Source: Myxococcota bacterium (GTDB lineage Bacteria; Myxococcota_A; UBA9160; SZUA-336). Taken from it: a DNA stretch of 64,000 nucleotides. The DNA is taken from assembly GCA_965247115.1 (NCBI GenBank), contig CBDFGR010000002.1, positions 1,376,001 to 1,440,000 of the forward strand. Direction: 5' to 3'. Below are positions 34,488 to 45,140 of this stretch, piece by piece (the stretch's first letter is position 1; each line of letters begins with the position of its first letter). Below the pieces are notes generated by a model. That model searched no databases, had not been told where the DNA came from, and saw only the letters and a program-made list of their open reading frames with translations. Position numbers and translations under genes: made by a program.

Positions 34488-37400
34488 CTACGGCAGAAGA
34501 TCAACGGTGACGAGCTTGGAGAGACCCGGCTCCTGCATGGTGACGCCGAAGAGAGTGTTCGCGATCTCGATCGTGCCCTTGTTGTGCGTGATGAGCAGGA
34601 ACTGTGAGGATTTGACACGTTCCCGCAGCAGGTCGTTGAAGCGATCCACGTTTGCGTCGTCGAGTGCCGCATCGACCTCGTCGAGCAGAAAGAACGGCGA
34701 GGGCTTGACTGCGAAGACAGCCATGAGCAGGGCGAGCGCGGTAAGCGCTTTCTCACCCCCTGAGAGCAGGTTCACGTTCTGCAGTCGCTTACCCGGCGGC
34801 TGCGCGGTGATCTCGATGCCGGCCTCGAGCACGTCCTCCGCCTCGGTCAGCGACAGGTGGGCCCGGCCACCGTTGAAGATGCGCGGGAACATCTGCTGGA
34901 ACTCCGCGTCGATTGCCTCGAACGTCGTGCGGAAGCGGGTGCGACTCGTGCGGTTGATGCGCGCGATTGCGTTGCGCAGGCGCTCGATCGAGGTCTCGAG
35001 GTCTGCTCTTTGCTCGGAGAGGTAGCGGTTGCGCTCCGATACCTCCTCGTACTCCTCGATCGCGCCAAGGTGCACCTCGCCAAGCGAGCGCAAGCTCTCG
35101 CGCAGCCGCTCGAGCTCCCGCTGTCGTCCCTCGGGATCGCCCTCGAGGTGTTCGGGCTCGGGCGCGTACTCCGCCACCTCCACCTCGAAGCGCTCCCGGA
35201 TCCGCCCGGAGAGCTGCTCGCACTGGAGACGTGCCTCCTGCAGTGCGAGCTCGCAGCTAGCCACCCGCTCGCGCTGAGACTCCCGTTCGCGAGCGGTTGT
35301 GCGCGAGTCGTTCTCGGCGGCCTCGACCTCCGCCGAGCGACTCTCGTAGGCCGTCCGCAGGGACTCCATGGCGGCTCGGCGGGTCTCCTCTGCCGCGATC
35401 GCGGTCGCGAGCTGCTCCTCGTCGCTGGTGGTCGAGCGTGCGAGCGACTCCGCCCGGTCGCGCGCACCCCGAACCTCTTCGGTCCAGCGCGTGATCCACT
35501 CGCGCCCCTCGTCCACGGCCGCCTGGAGGCGATTGCGGGTTTCCTGGGACTGGTCGCGGCGAGCCCCGAGCTCGGCCAGCTCGATTCGCGCCTGCACCAG
35601 CCGTTGCTCCAGGCGCTCTCGGTCGCGAGACAGCGCGGCGATCTGGGAGCGCAGGTCATCGGACTGCGACTCGACCTGTGCGCGCTCCCTCTCGATCGAG
35701 CCGAGGCGCTGGCCCTGTGTCGTGTGCTCCTCGTTTGCGCGGTCCAGCTGGGAGACCAGGCCAGCCTTGGCCCCCCGGTGCTCCTCCACGGACCCGAACG
35801 CCTCCTTCGCGCGCTCGCGCATGCGCTCGAGATCCTTCTCGAGGTTCACGACCGCGAGCTCGGCCGTATGGGCGCGATTGCGCCCGTTCTCGACCTCCCG
35901 AGCAAGCGTCGCGACCCGGCTCGTGCACTCGGAAACTCGCGCCTCCGCCGCCTCCTTGCGCGGCTGCAGCTCTCCTCTGGCCAGGCGCAGCCTGCTGAGC
36001 TCGCTCGAGCGAACGAGCGCGCCGGGAGGCGCCCCCAGCCCACCCGTCAGAGCCCCGCGGCGATCGAGCACCTCGCCCTCCCGGGTCACGAAGACGGCGG
36101 GAGCTCCGACTGGCGAGCGCGACACGGCCTCCTCGAGATTCCCGACCAGAACCACGTCGTGCAGCAGCCGGTCGACCAGGGGCCCATAGGGCTCGTCGAC
36201 CCGGACCCGTTCGAGCAATCGGACTCCGGGCGGTGGCGAGCCCGAGGTACGGTCCGGCTTCGACGCAAACGCGTCGCCGACCGGAAGAACGGTCAACCTG
36301 GCGACCGAGGACGTGCGCAGCCAGGCGAGAAGCTCGAGCGCGGCCGGGGAGTCGTCCACGACGATGGCGTCCAGGAGATCGGCCAGCACGGCTTCGAGCG
36401 CGGCCTCCAGGCCCGGCTCCGCGTGGATCACGCCGGACAGCAGCCCTCGGATCCGCCGCCCATGCTGCTCGGGCATCTGTTCCAGGATCTCCGCGACGCG
36501 GCGGGTGGCGCGCCGCTCGAGCTCCTCCAACGAGGCGAGCTGGGCCGCAGCCTGGTCCGCCTCCGCCCGCACGAGGTCGAACTCCCCGCGGGCTTCCACG
36601 AGCTCCGCCTCGGCGCTCGCGAGCGCCCGCAGCTGCTGGCTGAGCTGACGGCCCAGCCCGTCCCGCTCGGCGAGGGAGCTTCGCAGCTGCCGCTCGAACC
36701 CGAGCTCTTCCCCGCGCAAGCTCTCCGCGTGCAGACTGCTCGCCTCGAAGAGCTCGTCGCTCCGGCGCACGCGTTGCTCGAGCTCCGCACTCCTATCTTC
36801 CAGCGAACGGCCCTCGCTCTCGAGGCCCGCCTCCTCGGCCGCGAGCTCCACCAGCCGGTTCTGGAGCGCCTCCCGCTGCCCCTGTAGGGACGAGAGCTGC
36901 TCGCTCAATTCTCGAAGCTGGGCGTCTCGCTTCTCGAGCTCCGCCTCATCGTTCTTGAGCGCCTGCTCCGCAAGAGCGAACTCGCTGATGACCTGACTGA
37001 GCGAGCTCGTGTGGACGCTCTGCTGCCCGCGCCGCTGCTCGACCTCTGCCGCTCGTTCTTCCGCGAGCTTCTGCAGGCTGGCGCGCTCTCGCCGCTGGTA
37101 CTCGATGCGACTCTCGATCGACTGGATCTGAGAGCGCAGCTCGAAGAGATCCTCGCTCGTCTTCTGCATCGCGCGCTCTCGTTCGAGGTGCGCCCGCCGA
37201 CTGTCCTCCACCCGCGAGTCTGCCCGCGCAATGCGGGCATCGAGATCGAAGCCCTCCGTGCGGAGCTGCCCGAGCTCGCGCTCCGCCGAGCCGAGCTTGT
37301 CCGCGTAGCGCCCGTACTCCTCGCTCGCCACGACCAGCTCCAGGTCGCGCGCGCGGGCTCGGAGCTTCTTGTACTGGTTCGCACGGCGCGACATGCGCTC

Positions 37401-38024
37401 GAGCGACGCGATCTGGCGTCGGAGCTCGCTCAAGATGTCCGTCACGCGCAGCAGGTTCTGCTCCGTCGCGCGGAGCTTGCTCTCGGTCTCGCGCCGACGC
37501 TGTCGATACTTTCCGATGCCTGCCGCCTCCTCGAAGATGAAGCGGCGCTCTTCTGGCTTCGTCGAGACCACCTCGGCCACGCGGCCCTGCTCGACGATCG
37601 TATAGCCGCGCGTACCGACTCCGGTATCCATGAAGAAGTCTGTGATGTCGCGGAGTCGGCAGGGGGCCCGGTTGAGCAGGTACTCGCTCTCGCCTGAGCG
37701 GTAGAGGCGGCGCGTGACCTGGATCTCGGAGAAGTCCCTGTAGATGCCTGGCGCGAGGCCGTCCGAGTTGTCGAGTGTCATCGTGACCTCGGCCATACCG
37801 ACGGCCGGCTTCGACTCGGTCCCCGCAAAGATGACGTCGTCCATCATCCGACCGCGCAGATGCCGCGGGTTTTGCTCGCCCATGACCCAGCGGATCGCGT
37901 CGACGACGTTCGACTTCCCGCAGCCATTCGGGCCGACGATCGCCGAGACTCCTCCCTCGAACGCGAGCACCGTTCGCTCGCCGAACGATTTGAACCCGGT
38001 GATCTCTACGGATCGTATCCGCAC
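34488..38024 (-). CDS. smc: Chromosome segregation protein SMC
   Basis: GFKSF, GPNGCGKSN, coiled coils and hinge, LLSGGEKAL, LDEVDAALD, ITH. Confidence 0.98.
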   Translation of the reverse strand: MRIRSVEITGFKSFGERTVLAFEGGVSAIVGPNGCGKSNVVDAIRWVMGEQNPRHLRGRMMDDVIFAGTESKPAVGMAEVTMTLDNSDGLAPGIYRDFSEIQVTRRLYRSGESEYLLNRAPCRLRDITDFFMDTGVGTRGYTIVEQGRVAEVVSTKPEERRFIFEEAAGIGKYRQRRRETESKLRATEQNLLRVTDILSELRRQIASLERMSRRANQYKKLRARARDLELVVASEEYGRYADKLGSAERELGQLRTEGFDLDARIARADSRVEDSRRAHLERERAMQKTSEDLFELRSQIQSIESRIEYQRRERASLQKLAEERAAEVEQRRGQQSVHTSSLSQVISEFALAEQALKNDEAELEKRDAQLRELSEQLSSLQGQREALQNRLVELAAEEAGLESEGRSLEDRSAELEQRVRRSDELFEASSLHAESLRGEELGFERQLRSSLAERDGLGRQLSQQLRALASAEAELVEARGEFDLVRAEADQAAAQLASLEELERRATRRVAEILEQMPEQHGRRIRGLLSGVIHAEPGLEAALEAVLADLLDAIVVDDSPAALELLAWLRTSSVARLTVLPVGDAFASKPDRTSGSPPPGVRLLERVRVDEPYGPLVDRLLHDVVLVGNLEEAVSRSPVGAPAVFVTREGEVLDRRGALTGGLGAPPGALVRSSELSRLRLARGELQPRKEAAEARVSECTSRVATLAREVENGRNRAHTAELAVVNLEKDLERMRERAKEAFGSVEEHRGAKAGLVSQLDRANEEHTTQGQRLGSIERERAQVESQSDDLRSQIAALSRDRERLEQRLVQARIELAELGARRDQSQETRNRLQAAVDEGREWITRWTEEVRGARDRAESLARSTTSDEEQLATAIAAEETRRAAMESLRTAYESRSAEVEAAENDSRTTARERESQRERVASCELALQEARLQCEQLSGRIRERFEVEVAEYAPEPEHLEGDPEGRQRELERLRESLRSLGEVHLGAIEEYEEVSERNRYLSEQRADLETSIERLRNAIARINRTSRTRFRTTFEAIDAEFQQMFPRIFNGGRAHLSLTEAEDVLEAGIEITAQPPGKRLQNVNLLSGGEKALTALALLMAVFAVKPSPFFLLDEVDAALDDANVDRFNDLLRERVKSSQFLLITHNKGTIEIANTLFGVTMQEPGLSKLVTVDLLP

Positions 38025-38173
38025 CCGAGCGTCGTCCCCGCCATTCGTCTGGTCATGCTCTGGGGGGACCTGACCGACGGCTCACAAGAGAAAATTAGGC
38101 CATCTCGACGTGTGGAAGCTAGCACACACGAGACACGCAGCGCACCCCGGGAACACCCCCGCCACGGACTCGC

Positions 38174-39997
38174 TCAGGCTGCCCTCTCCTGCTCCGCGTA
38201 CTGCAGCTGATACAGCCGCCAGTAGAGGCCGCGCTTCGCGAGCAGCGCGTCGTGGGTCCCCACCTCGCGCAGCTCGCCGTGGTGCAGGACGTAGATCCGG
38301 TCGACGTCGCGGATGGTGGAGAGCCGGTGCGCGACGACGATGGAGGTCTTGCCCTCGATCAGGCGGTGGACCGCATCCTGCACGAGCGCCTCCGTCTCGG
38401 TGTCGACGTTGGAGGTAGCCTCGTCCAGCAAGAGGATCGCGGGCCGCCGCGCCAGAGCGCGCGCAAAGGAGATGAGCTGGCGCTCGCCCACCGAGAAGTT
38501 CGTGCCCCGTTCGTTCACCTGCTCCGCATAGCCGGCGGGCAGACGCCCCACGAACTCATCCAGGTGCACGGTCCGGGCGGCGGCCTCGATGGCGGACCCG
38601 GGAATGTCCTCTCGCCCCAGCCCGATGTTGTAGGCCAGGCTGCCCGTGAACAGGAACACGTCCTGGAGCACAAAGGCGAGATGACGGCGCAGCTCGCGCC
38701 GCGGGATCTCGCGGATGTCCGTCCCATCGACAAGGATCCGACCGGACTGGGGCTCGTACAGGCGCAGGAGCAGCTTGAGCACCGTCGTCTTTCCGGCGCC
38801 CGTGTGGCCGACCAGCGCGACCCGCTCGCCGGGCTCGATCCGGAACGAGACGTCGTGCAGGATCGCCTCTTCGTCGTACGCGAAGGTGACGTTCTCGAAC
38901 ACCACCTCCCCCTGAACACTCGGCGGCCCGCTTCCGTGCTGCTCCGGATCGGGCTCGCTGTCGAGCAGCTGGAACGTCCTCTCCAGACTCGCCATCGAGG
39001 ATTGCATGACTGAGTACTTCGCCGACAGATCCTGGAGCGGGCGGTAGAAGCGCCGCATGTAGTCGACGAAGACATACAGCACGCCGATGCCGAACTCGCC
39101 GACCCCGATGCGAAGGGCGCCGTACCACAGGATGAAGGCCATCGTCAGGTTCACGGCCATCTCGATCGAGGCCGAGAGCAGCGCGTCGTAGTTGATCGAC
39201 GTGAACCAGGCGTTGCGGTGCTCCAGGTTGATCCCGGCGAAGTCGTCGAAGTTTCTGCGCTCCCGCGCAAAGAGCTGGACGACCTTCATTCCGGAGATCG
39301 TCTCCTGCAGGTGCGCGTTGATTCGCGCGATCTTGATGCGCACCATGCGGTAGGCCTGCCGCACCTTCCAGCGCATGATGACGGCCGCAATCGCGAGCAG
39401 GGGCACCACGCCCATCGCCACCAGGGCGAGGCGCCAGTCGATCCAGAAGAGCAGGCCGGCGAACACGACCATGACAAACAGGTCCGCAACGAGCTGGACC
39501 AGGCCGCTCCCGAACATCTCGCCGACCGCCTCGACGTCGTTGCCGATGCGCGTGACGAGGCGACCCACCGGATAGTGGTCGAAGAACCTCATCGGCAGGC
39601 GCTGGACGTGATCGAAGAGGTCGCTGCGCAGCGTGAACATTGCGCGCTGCCCCATCACCGTCATCGAGAACATGCGCGCGAACTCGACCACGGCCCCGAG
39701 GGCCATCGCCAGCAGCAGCACGAACGCGATCCAGGGGATCTGCGGCAGCTCGCCGGGCGGATCGGCCAGGCGGCCAAGAAAGCCGAGATCCTCGCTCGGC
39801 TCTGCTCCAACGAGCGCATCGAGACCACTCCCGATCAGCGGACCGGGCAGTACCTCGACCAGAGCGCGCAGCGGGATGAGCAGTAGGGCCAGCACGATCA
39901 GGCGCCAGTGCGAGCGCAGGTACGGCCACAGGCGGCGGATTAGCTGCGAATCGTAGACCTTCCCGAGCACCTCCTCGTCGTGAAAACCCGGGGTCAC
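38174..39997 (-). CDS. Heterodimeric ABC exporter subunit (TMD+NBD, degenerate FSVGE signature)
   Basis: GHTGAGKTT, NFSVGERQL, LLDEATS, AHRLST. Confidence 0.92.
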   Translation of the reverse strand: MTPGFHDEEVLGKVYDSQLIRRLWPYLRSHWRLIVLALLLIPLRALVEVLPGPLIGSGLDALVGAEPSEDLGFLGRLADPPGELPQIPWIAFVLLLAMALGAVVEFARMFSMTVMGQRAMFTLRSDLFDHVQRLPMRFFDHYPVGRLVTRIGNDVEAVGEMFGSGLVQLVADLFVMVVFAGLLFWIDWRLALVAMGVVPLLAIAAVIMRWKVRQAYRMVRIKIARINAHLQETISGMKVVQLFARERRNFDDFAGINLEHRNAWFTSINYDALLSASIEMAVNLTMAFILWYGALRIGVGEFGIGVLYVFVDYMRRFYRPLQDLSAKYSVMQSSMASLERTFQLLDSEPDPEQHGSGPPSVQGEVVFENVTFAYDEEAILHDVSFRIEPGERVALVGHTGAGKTTVLKLLLRLYEPQSGRILVDGTDIREIPRRELRRHLAFVLQDVFLFTGSLAYNIGLGREDIPGSAIEAAARTVHLDEFVGRLPAGYAEQVNERGTNFSVGERQLISFARALARRPAILLLDEATSNVDTETEALVQDAVHRLIEGKTSIVVAHRLSTIRDVDRIYVLHHGELREVGTHDALLAKRGLYWRLYQLQYAEQERAA

Positions 39998-41745
39998 GGC
40001 AGGTCTTCCTCGATCTCGGCCTCGAGTCGCTGTTGTCGGAACGTCCTGGCGTAGAAACCTTCGTTCTTCAGAAGCTCCTCGTGGCAGCCGAGCTCGGCCA
40101 CCCTGCCCTCGTCGAGGACGACGGTGAAGTCGGCGTCACGCACGGCGGACAGGCGATGGGCCACGATGAAGCAGCTGCGCCCGGAGCGCGCGCTCCGGAG
40201 CTCCTTGAGAATCGCCTCCTCGGTGGCTGCATCGACGCTCGAGAGGGCGTCGTCCAGGATCAGGATCGCGGGCTCGAGCAGGAGCGCGCGAGCCAGCGAG
40301 ATGCGCTGGCGCTGGCCCCCCGAGAGCGTGATGCCCCGCTCGCCGACCAGCGTATCGAAGCCCTGCGGGAACTCCTCGATGTCAGCCAGGACGTGCGCAC
40401 GGCGGGCGGCCTCGCGCACCTCGTCCAGGCTCGCGTCGGGCAGTCCGAAGCGGACGTTCTCGAGAATTGTCGTCGAGAAGAGGAAGCTGTCCTGCGGGAC
40501 CATCGCGATGCTCGAGCGCAGCAGCTGAAGGCGCAGCCGGTTGACGTCCGCTCCGTCGATGAAGACGCTCTCGTCCTTGATCTCGAGCAGCCTCGGCACT
40601 GCCGAGAGCAGCGTGCTCTTGCCGGATCCGATGGGCCCGACCACCCCGACCGTCTGACCGGCTTCGACAGCGAAGGAAACCTGCGACAGCGCGGGCCTCC
40701 GTCCCCGCCCAGGGTACGTGAAGTCGAGCTCGCGTACGCTCACCTGGCCGTCGATCTCGTCCCGGTCGATCAGGTCCGTGCGGTTCGCGATGCTGGGCTC
40801 CGTGTTCATGATCTCGCCGATCCGGCGCAGCCCCACGAGACCGCGCTGCGTGATGTTGATCACCCAGCCAATGTTGAAGGTGGGGTAGGTGAGCTGGAAC
40901 GTGTACATCAGGAACAGCCACAGGTCGCGCTGCTCCAGGGTTCCCCCGAGGACGCGCGTTCCTCCGACCGCGAGCACGATGATCGCGGCGAGCGTCGGCA
41001 GCGGCGCGATCGTCGCATGCATGCCCCCAGAGGTCAGTGCCAGCTGGATCTGACGACCGTAGAGCGACTGGTTCTCGCTGCGGAAGCGCTCCCGCTCGCG
41101 ATCCTCCATCGTGTAGGAGCGGACGACGAACACGCCAGCTGCGTTCTCCTGAACGGCTACAGAGAGCGACCCGAGCTGCTCCTGCGTCGCCAGGCTGGCG
41201 CTGTGCAGACGCGTTCCAAAGTAGCGCACGATCAGGATGAACAGGGGATAGGGCAAGAGCACCATGAGCGTGAGCTGCAGGTCGACCCAGGCCATGACCC
41301 CGATGGCGCCAAAGTACAGGATCGGCGTCTGCAAGATGTTCAGCACGCCCATGCCGAGGAACATCCGCACGTTGTTCACGTCGTTCACGGCCCGCGACAT
41401 CAGATCGCCGGTGCGCTGTCGCGCGAAGTACGACTGCGGCAGACGCTGCAGGTGGGCGAACAAGTCGTTCCGCAGCCGGTATTCGATCTCGCGACCGATG
41501 CGGAACAGCAGGAGCCGCGACCAGAGGCGCAGGATCGCGAACACCGTACTGACCGCGATCAGCACCAGCACGCCGCGCGTAACCGCTTGCAGCGGCAGCC
41601 CGTCCTCGATGCGACCGACCACGTCGCGCACGGATACCGGCACCATCTGAAAGGCGATGGCGTAGCCAACGGTCAGGATTGCGCCGACGACGTAGTGCCC
41701 GCGCACCTGCCGCATGTATGCGAAGACGCGCTGTCTCGGGGTCAA
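39994..41745 (-). CDS. Heterodimeric ABC exporter subunit (TMD+NBD, Walker B with DD)
   Basis: GPIGSGKST, LSGGQRQR, ILDDALS; overlaps its partner by 4 nt. Confidence 0.92.
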   Translation of the reverse strand: MTPRQRVFAYMRQVRGHYVVGAILTVGYAIAFQMVPVSVRDVVGRIEDGLPLQAVTRGVLVLIAVSTVFAILRLWSRLLLFRIGREIEYRLRNDLFAHLQRLPQSYFARQRTGDLMSRAVNDVNNVRMFLGMGVLNILQTPILYFGAIGVMAWVDLQLTLMVLLPYPLFILIVRYFGTRLHSASLATQEQLGSLSVAVQENAAGVFVVRSYTMEDRERERFRSENQSLYGRQIQLALTSGGMHATIAPLPTLAAIIVLAVGGTRVLGGTLEQRDLWLFLMYTFQLTYPTFNIGWVINITQRGLVGLRRIGEIMNTEPSIANRTDLIDRDEIDGQVSVRELDFTYPGRGRRPALSQVSFAVEAGQTVGVVGPIGSGKSTLLSAVPRLLEIKDESVFIDGADVNRLRLQLLRSSIAMVPQDSFLFSTTILENVRFGLPDASLDEVREAARRAHVLADIEEFPQGFDTLVGERGITLSGGQRQRISLARALLLEPAILILDDALSSVDAATEEAILKELRSARSGRSCFIVAHRLSAVRDADFTVVLDEGRVAELGCHEELLKNEGFYARTFRQQRLEAEIEEDLP

Positions 41746-41812
41746 GCTGGCTCCGGCCGAGAGCCGGGAAGACTACCACAGAACCCGACGAGACCCGAGA
41801 GCTCAGGGCCAC

Positions 41813-42514
41813 TCAGCGCGCCGGCCTGCGCGAGTACCAGCCCGCCACCCGCTCCCGGTCCAGACCCAGGCCCCACGCCAACAGCGCAACCTGGTTGCGC
41901 AGTGTCTGGCGCAGCACCCCGTTTCGCTCGTAGCGTCGAGCCGAGGTCCAGGCAGACTCCTGCAGCAGGGCGAGGCGCCCGCGCCTTCGGATCAGCCACA
42001 CCAGGTCCAGGTCCTCGAAGATCGGGACCGCTCGGATTCCACCCTGCGCGTCGATCAGCTCGCGTCGGATGAAGAGGGCCTGGTCTCCGAAGGGAAGCAA
42101 GGCAAGGCGCGAGCGCAGGCGCACGAGCAGCTCGGCCAGGCGGTAGATCCAGCGGTGCGAATCGAAGCCGAGCCGGAAGGCACCCCCCGCGACCGCGGCG
42201 TCGCCCAGGGAGGCCCGGATCGCCTCGAGCCAGCCAGGACCGAGGCGCGTATCGGCGTGCAGGAAGACGATCACCCCGGCCCTCGACTCGCGGTAGCCAA
42301 GGTCGAGCTGATGGGCCCGGCCGCTGGCGGAGTGGATCACCTTCTCGGCACCCAACGAGCGAGCCAGCTCCACAGTCCCGTCGCTCGATCCACCGTCGAC
42401 GACGATCCGCTCGACTCCCGGGAGGCGCGTGGACTCGAGGGCACGAGCGATGCTGTGCAGCTCGTTGAGTGCCGGGATCACGACACTGACCTCCGGCGCG
42501 AGCCTGGCTGCCAT
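41813..42514 (-). CDS. GT2 glycosyltransferase (TIGR04283-like)
   Basis: SVVIPALNE, VDGGSSDGT, FLHADT, FGDQALF, FEDLD, TSARRY. Confidence 0.88.
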   Translation of the reverse strand: MAARLAPEVSVVIPALNELHSIARALESTRLPGVERIVVDGGSSDGTVELARSLGAEKVIHSASGRAHQLDLGYRESRAGVIVFLHADTRLGPGWLEAIRASLGDAAVAGGAFRLGFDSHRWIYRLAELLVRLRSRLALLPFGDQALFIRRELIDAQGGIRAVPIFEDLDLVWLIRRRGRLALLQESAWTSARRYERNGVLRQTLRNQVALLAWGLGLDRERVAGWYSRRPAR

Positions 42515-42604
42515 GGGCGGGCCTCCGGAGCCGATTCTAGGCTACCGAACGCCGCGGTTGAGCCCCCAGGCGGCATTTGGTACTCACGCTAGCGGGAGAG
42601 CGTC

Positions 42605-42796
42605 ATGGCAGCTCAGTGTGAGATCTGCGGCAAGGGACCGACGGCCGGCAACAACGTCAGCCACGCCAACAACAAGACGCGGCGGCGCTTTTTGCCCAAT
42701 CTCCAGCGGGTCCGCGCCCGAGTCGGAGGCAGGGTGCGTCGGGTCCGCGTCTGCACCCGCTGCCTGCGCTCGGGAAGGGTGACCAAGGTCGCCTGA
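42605..42796 (+). CDS. rpmB: 50S ribosomal protein L28 (zinc-binding form)
   Basis: [26 protein letters not shown]...VCTRC. Confidence 0.97.
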   Translation: MAAQCEICGKGPTAGNNVSHANNKTRRRFLPNLQRVRARVGGRVRRVRVCTRCLRSGRVTKVA

Positions 42797-42806
42797 GAGA
42801 GTACCC

Positions 42807-44672
42807 GTGTCTCCTGTCCGGGAAGGCTCGCTCGCGCCGCTCTTGCGGCTCCTGCTTTACGCACGGCCCTACGCCTGGGTGGTCGGCATCACGCTCGTGT
42901 TCTCACTGCTCTACGCAGGGGGGCTGACCGGCCGCGCGTACCTCGTGAAGCCGCTCCTGGACGATGTGCTGGCGCCAAAGATCTCCGCCGAATCCCTGGC
43001 GGAGCTGCGCAGCTCCGCGGAGGGCGCGGAGCTCGACCCGGAGCTGCAGGAACAGCTGCGCACGGATCGCGAGGCCATGGAGGCGCGCGTGCGCGAGGGC
43101 TTCTGGACCATCTTGCTGGCCGGGCTGGCCATCGTGCTCGGCATGCCGGTCGTGCGGCTCATCCGCGACTACTCGGGCGAGTGGGTGATGACCCGGATGG
43201 GGATCGACCTGCAGCTCGACATCGGCAGCAAGCTCTTGCGCGTACCGCTCGACCACCTGCAGACCGACACGCGAGGCAGCTTCGTCGCCCGCACGAGCAA
43301 CGATACGTTGATCGCGAACCGTGCCCAAGCCCTGGTCTTTGGCGAGGCGCTACAGGACGCCTTCCAGATTCTCGCGGCCCTCGGAGCGGCGCTGTACCTG
43401 AACTGGCGGCTCGCGCTCGTGACCTTGCTCGTGGGTCCGCCCGTTGGCGTGGTGCTGCAGATTTTCGGCGCGCGCATCCGCCGCTCCAGCCACAGACGTC
43501 AACTCCAGGTCGCCGAGGTGATGCAGCGGCTGCTGCAGATGCTGTCGGGAATCAAGCTGATCAAGGCATTCCACACTGAGAAGCTCGAACACGAGACGTA
43601 TCGGGACGAGCTCATGCGCTACTTCCGGCGCTCTATGAAGGTGATCCGCAACCGCGTCTACTCCCGCTCCTCGGTCGAGCTGGTCAGTCAGGGCGCGTTC
43701 GTCGCCGTTCTGATCGTGGGTGTGTTCGGCATCATCAACGGCTTCTGGAACATCACACAGGGTGTCCTCGCCGCCTTTCTCGCTATCGCGGCGATGATCT
43801 ACCGACCCACGAAGAATCTGTCGCGCATGTACAACGGGATCCAGGATGCGCTGCCCGCGGCCACCCGCATCTTCGAGGTGTTGGACGCCCCGGAGGAGAC
43901 TCCCGATCGCGACGATGCCGTCCGCGTGGAGCGGCTCCGCGAGGGCATCGTCTACCGTCACGTGTCCTTCCACTACGGTCGCGAGGAGGTTCTCCGAGAT
44001 CTCGATCTCGAGATCCGAGCCGGCGAGACCGTGGCCCTGATCGGCCGAACCGGCGCCGGAAAGACCACCATCGCCGACCTGCTGTTGCGCTTCCACGAGC
44101 CAGACGAAGGCACCATCGAGCTCGACGGTGTGCCCCTGTCGGGGATCGAGCGCCAGTCGCTGCGCGGGTTGATCGCGCTCGTCAGCCAGGAGCCCTTCCT
44201 GTTCGACACAACCATTCTCGACAACCTGCGCTACGGTCGACCCGAGGCGGGCTTCGACGAGGTGGTGGAGGCCGCTCGCGCCGCTCACGCCCACGGCTTC
44301 ATCGAGACCATGCCAGAGGCCTACCAGACACCGGTCGGAGAGCTCGGCGGGCAGCTTTCTGGCGGTCAGCGACAGCGGCTGACCATCGCACGGGCCATCT
44401 TGCGAGATCCGCAGATCCTGATCTTCGACGAGGCCACCTCGGCCCTCGACGCGAAGGCCGAGCAGCTGGTGCAAGAGGCGATCGGGAACCTGATGAAGGG
44501 CCGGACCGTGCTGGTCATCGCGCACCGCCTCTCGACGGTTCAGGCCGCGGACCGGATCGCCGTGCTCGAGCATGGACGGATCAGCATGACGGGCAGCCAC
44601 GAGGAGCTGATGGCACGCGGCGGCCTCTACCGCGAGCTCGTCGATCTGCAGCTGAGCTCTCCTACCGGGTAA
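42807..44672 (+). CDS. MsbA-like ABC exporter (permease+ATPase)
   Basis: TM domain, GRTGAGKTT, LSGGQRQR, FDEATSALD, AHRLST. A lipid A flippase role is inferred. Confidence 0.88.
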   Translation: MSPVREGSLAPLLRLLLYARPYAWVVGITLVFSLLYAGGLTGRAYLVKPLLDDVLAPKISAESLAELRSSAEGAELDPELQEQLRTDREAMEARVREGFWTILLAGLAIVLGMPVVRLIRDYSGEWVMTRMGIDLQLDIGSKLLRVPLDHLQTDTRGSFVARTSNDTLIANRAQALVFGEALQDAFQILAALGAALYLNWRLALVTLLVGPPVGVVLQIFGARIRRSSHRRQLQVAEVMQRLLQMLSGIKLIKAFHTEKLEHETYRDELMRYFRRSMKVIRNRVYSRSSVELVSQGAFVAVLIVGVFGIINGFWNITQGVLAAFLAIAAMIYRPTKNLSRMYNGIQDALPAATRIFEVLDAPEETPDRDDAVRVERLREGIVYRHVSFHYGREEVLRDLDLEIRAGETVALIGRTGAGKTTIADLLLRFHEPDEGTIELDGVPLSGIERQSLRGLIALVSQEPFLFDTTILDNLRYGRPEAGFDEVVEAARAAHAHGFIETMPEAYQTPVGELGGQLSGGQRQRLTIARAILRDPQILIFDEATSALDAKAEQLVQEAIGNLMKGRTVLVIAHRLSTVQAADRIAVLEHGRISMTGSHEELMARGGLYRELVDLQLSSPTG

Positions 44673-44696
44673 GTCCTGGCTGGTAGGCTCGGACAA

Positions 44697-45140
44697 GTGC
44701 CAACCGTCGAGATCCGGACCATCCTGGCCGAAGGGACCCGTCCGCTGCGACAGCGCGTGCTGCGCCCAGGACAGTGCCTGGAGCAGCTCGACTATCCCGG
44801 CGACGAAGCTCCCGACACTGGCCACTTGGGTGCGTACCTGGACGGCGAGCTGGTCGGTATCGCGTCGGTGTACAGCGAGCCCATGCCCGGAGCGGACGCA
44901 CCGCAGGCCTGGCAGCTGCGCGGTATGGCCACCCTCGAGTCCCTGCGCCGGACCGGAGTCGGGCAGTCTCTGCTCGAGGCCTGCATCGCCCACGCCGTCG
45001 CGCGCGGAGGCACACGCCTCTGGTGCAACGCCCGCACTTCCGCCCTCGCCTTCTACCACGCGCTGGGCTTCCAGACCGAGGGCAAAGAGTTCGAGCTCCC
45101 CGAGATCGGCCCGCACTACCGCATGTGGAGATCGATCTAG
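44697..45140 (+). CDS. GNAT family N-acetyltransferase
   Basis: LRQRVLRPGQ, QLRGMAT...RRTGVG, WCNAR..A..FY..LGF. Confidence 0.9.
   Translation: MPTVEIRTILAEGTRPLRQRVLRPGQCLEQLDYPGDEAPDTGHLGAYLDGELVGIASVYSEPMPGADAPQAWQLRGMATLESLRRTGVGQSLLEACIAHAVARGGTRLWCNARTSALAFYHALGFQTEGKEFELPEIGPHYRMWRSI

Noticed and set aside
38040..38090. SRP RNA-like motif GGTCAGGTCC upstream of smc-ftsY
   Set aside because: The required GGAAGGAAGCAG tetraloop segment is absent (CCCCAGAGCA follows) and no long SRP hairpin is evident.
41813..42514. Arsenosugar or selenosugar biosynthesis cluster
   Set aside because: Only the TIGR04283-like transferase is present; no partner radical SAM, methyltransferase or DUF2064 gene nearby.
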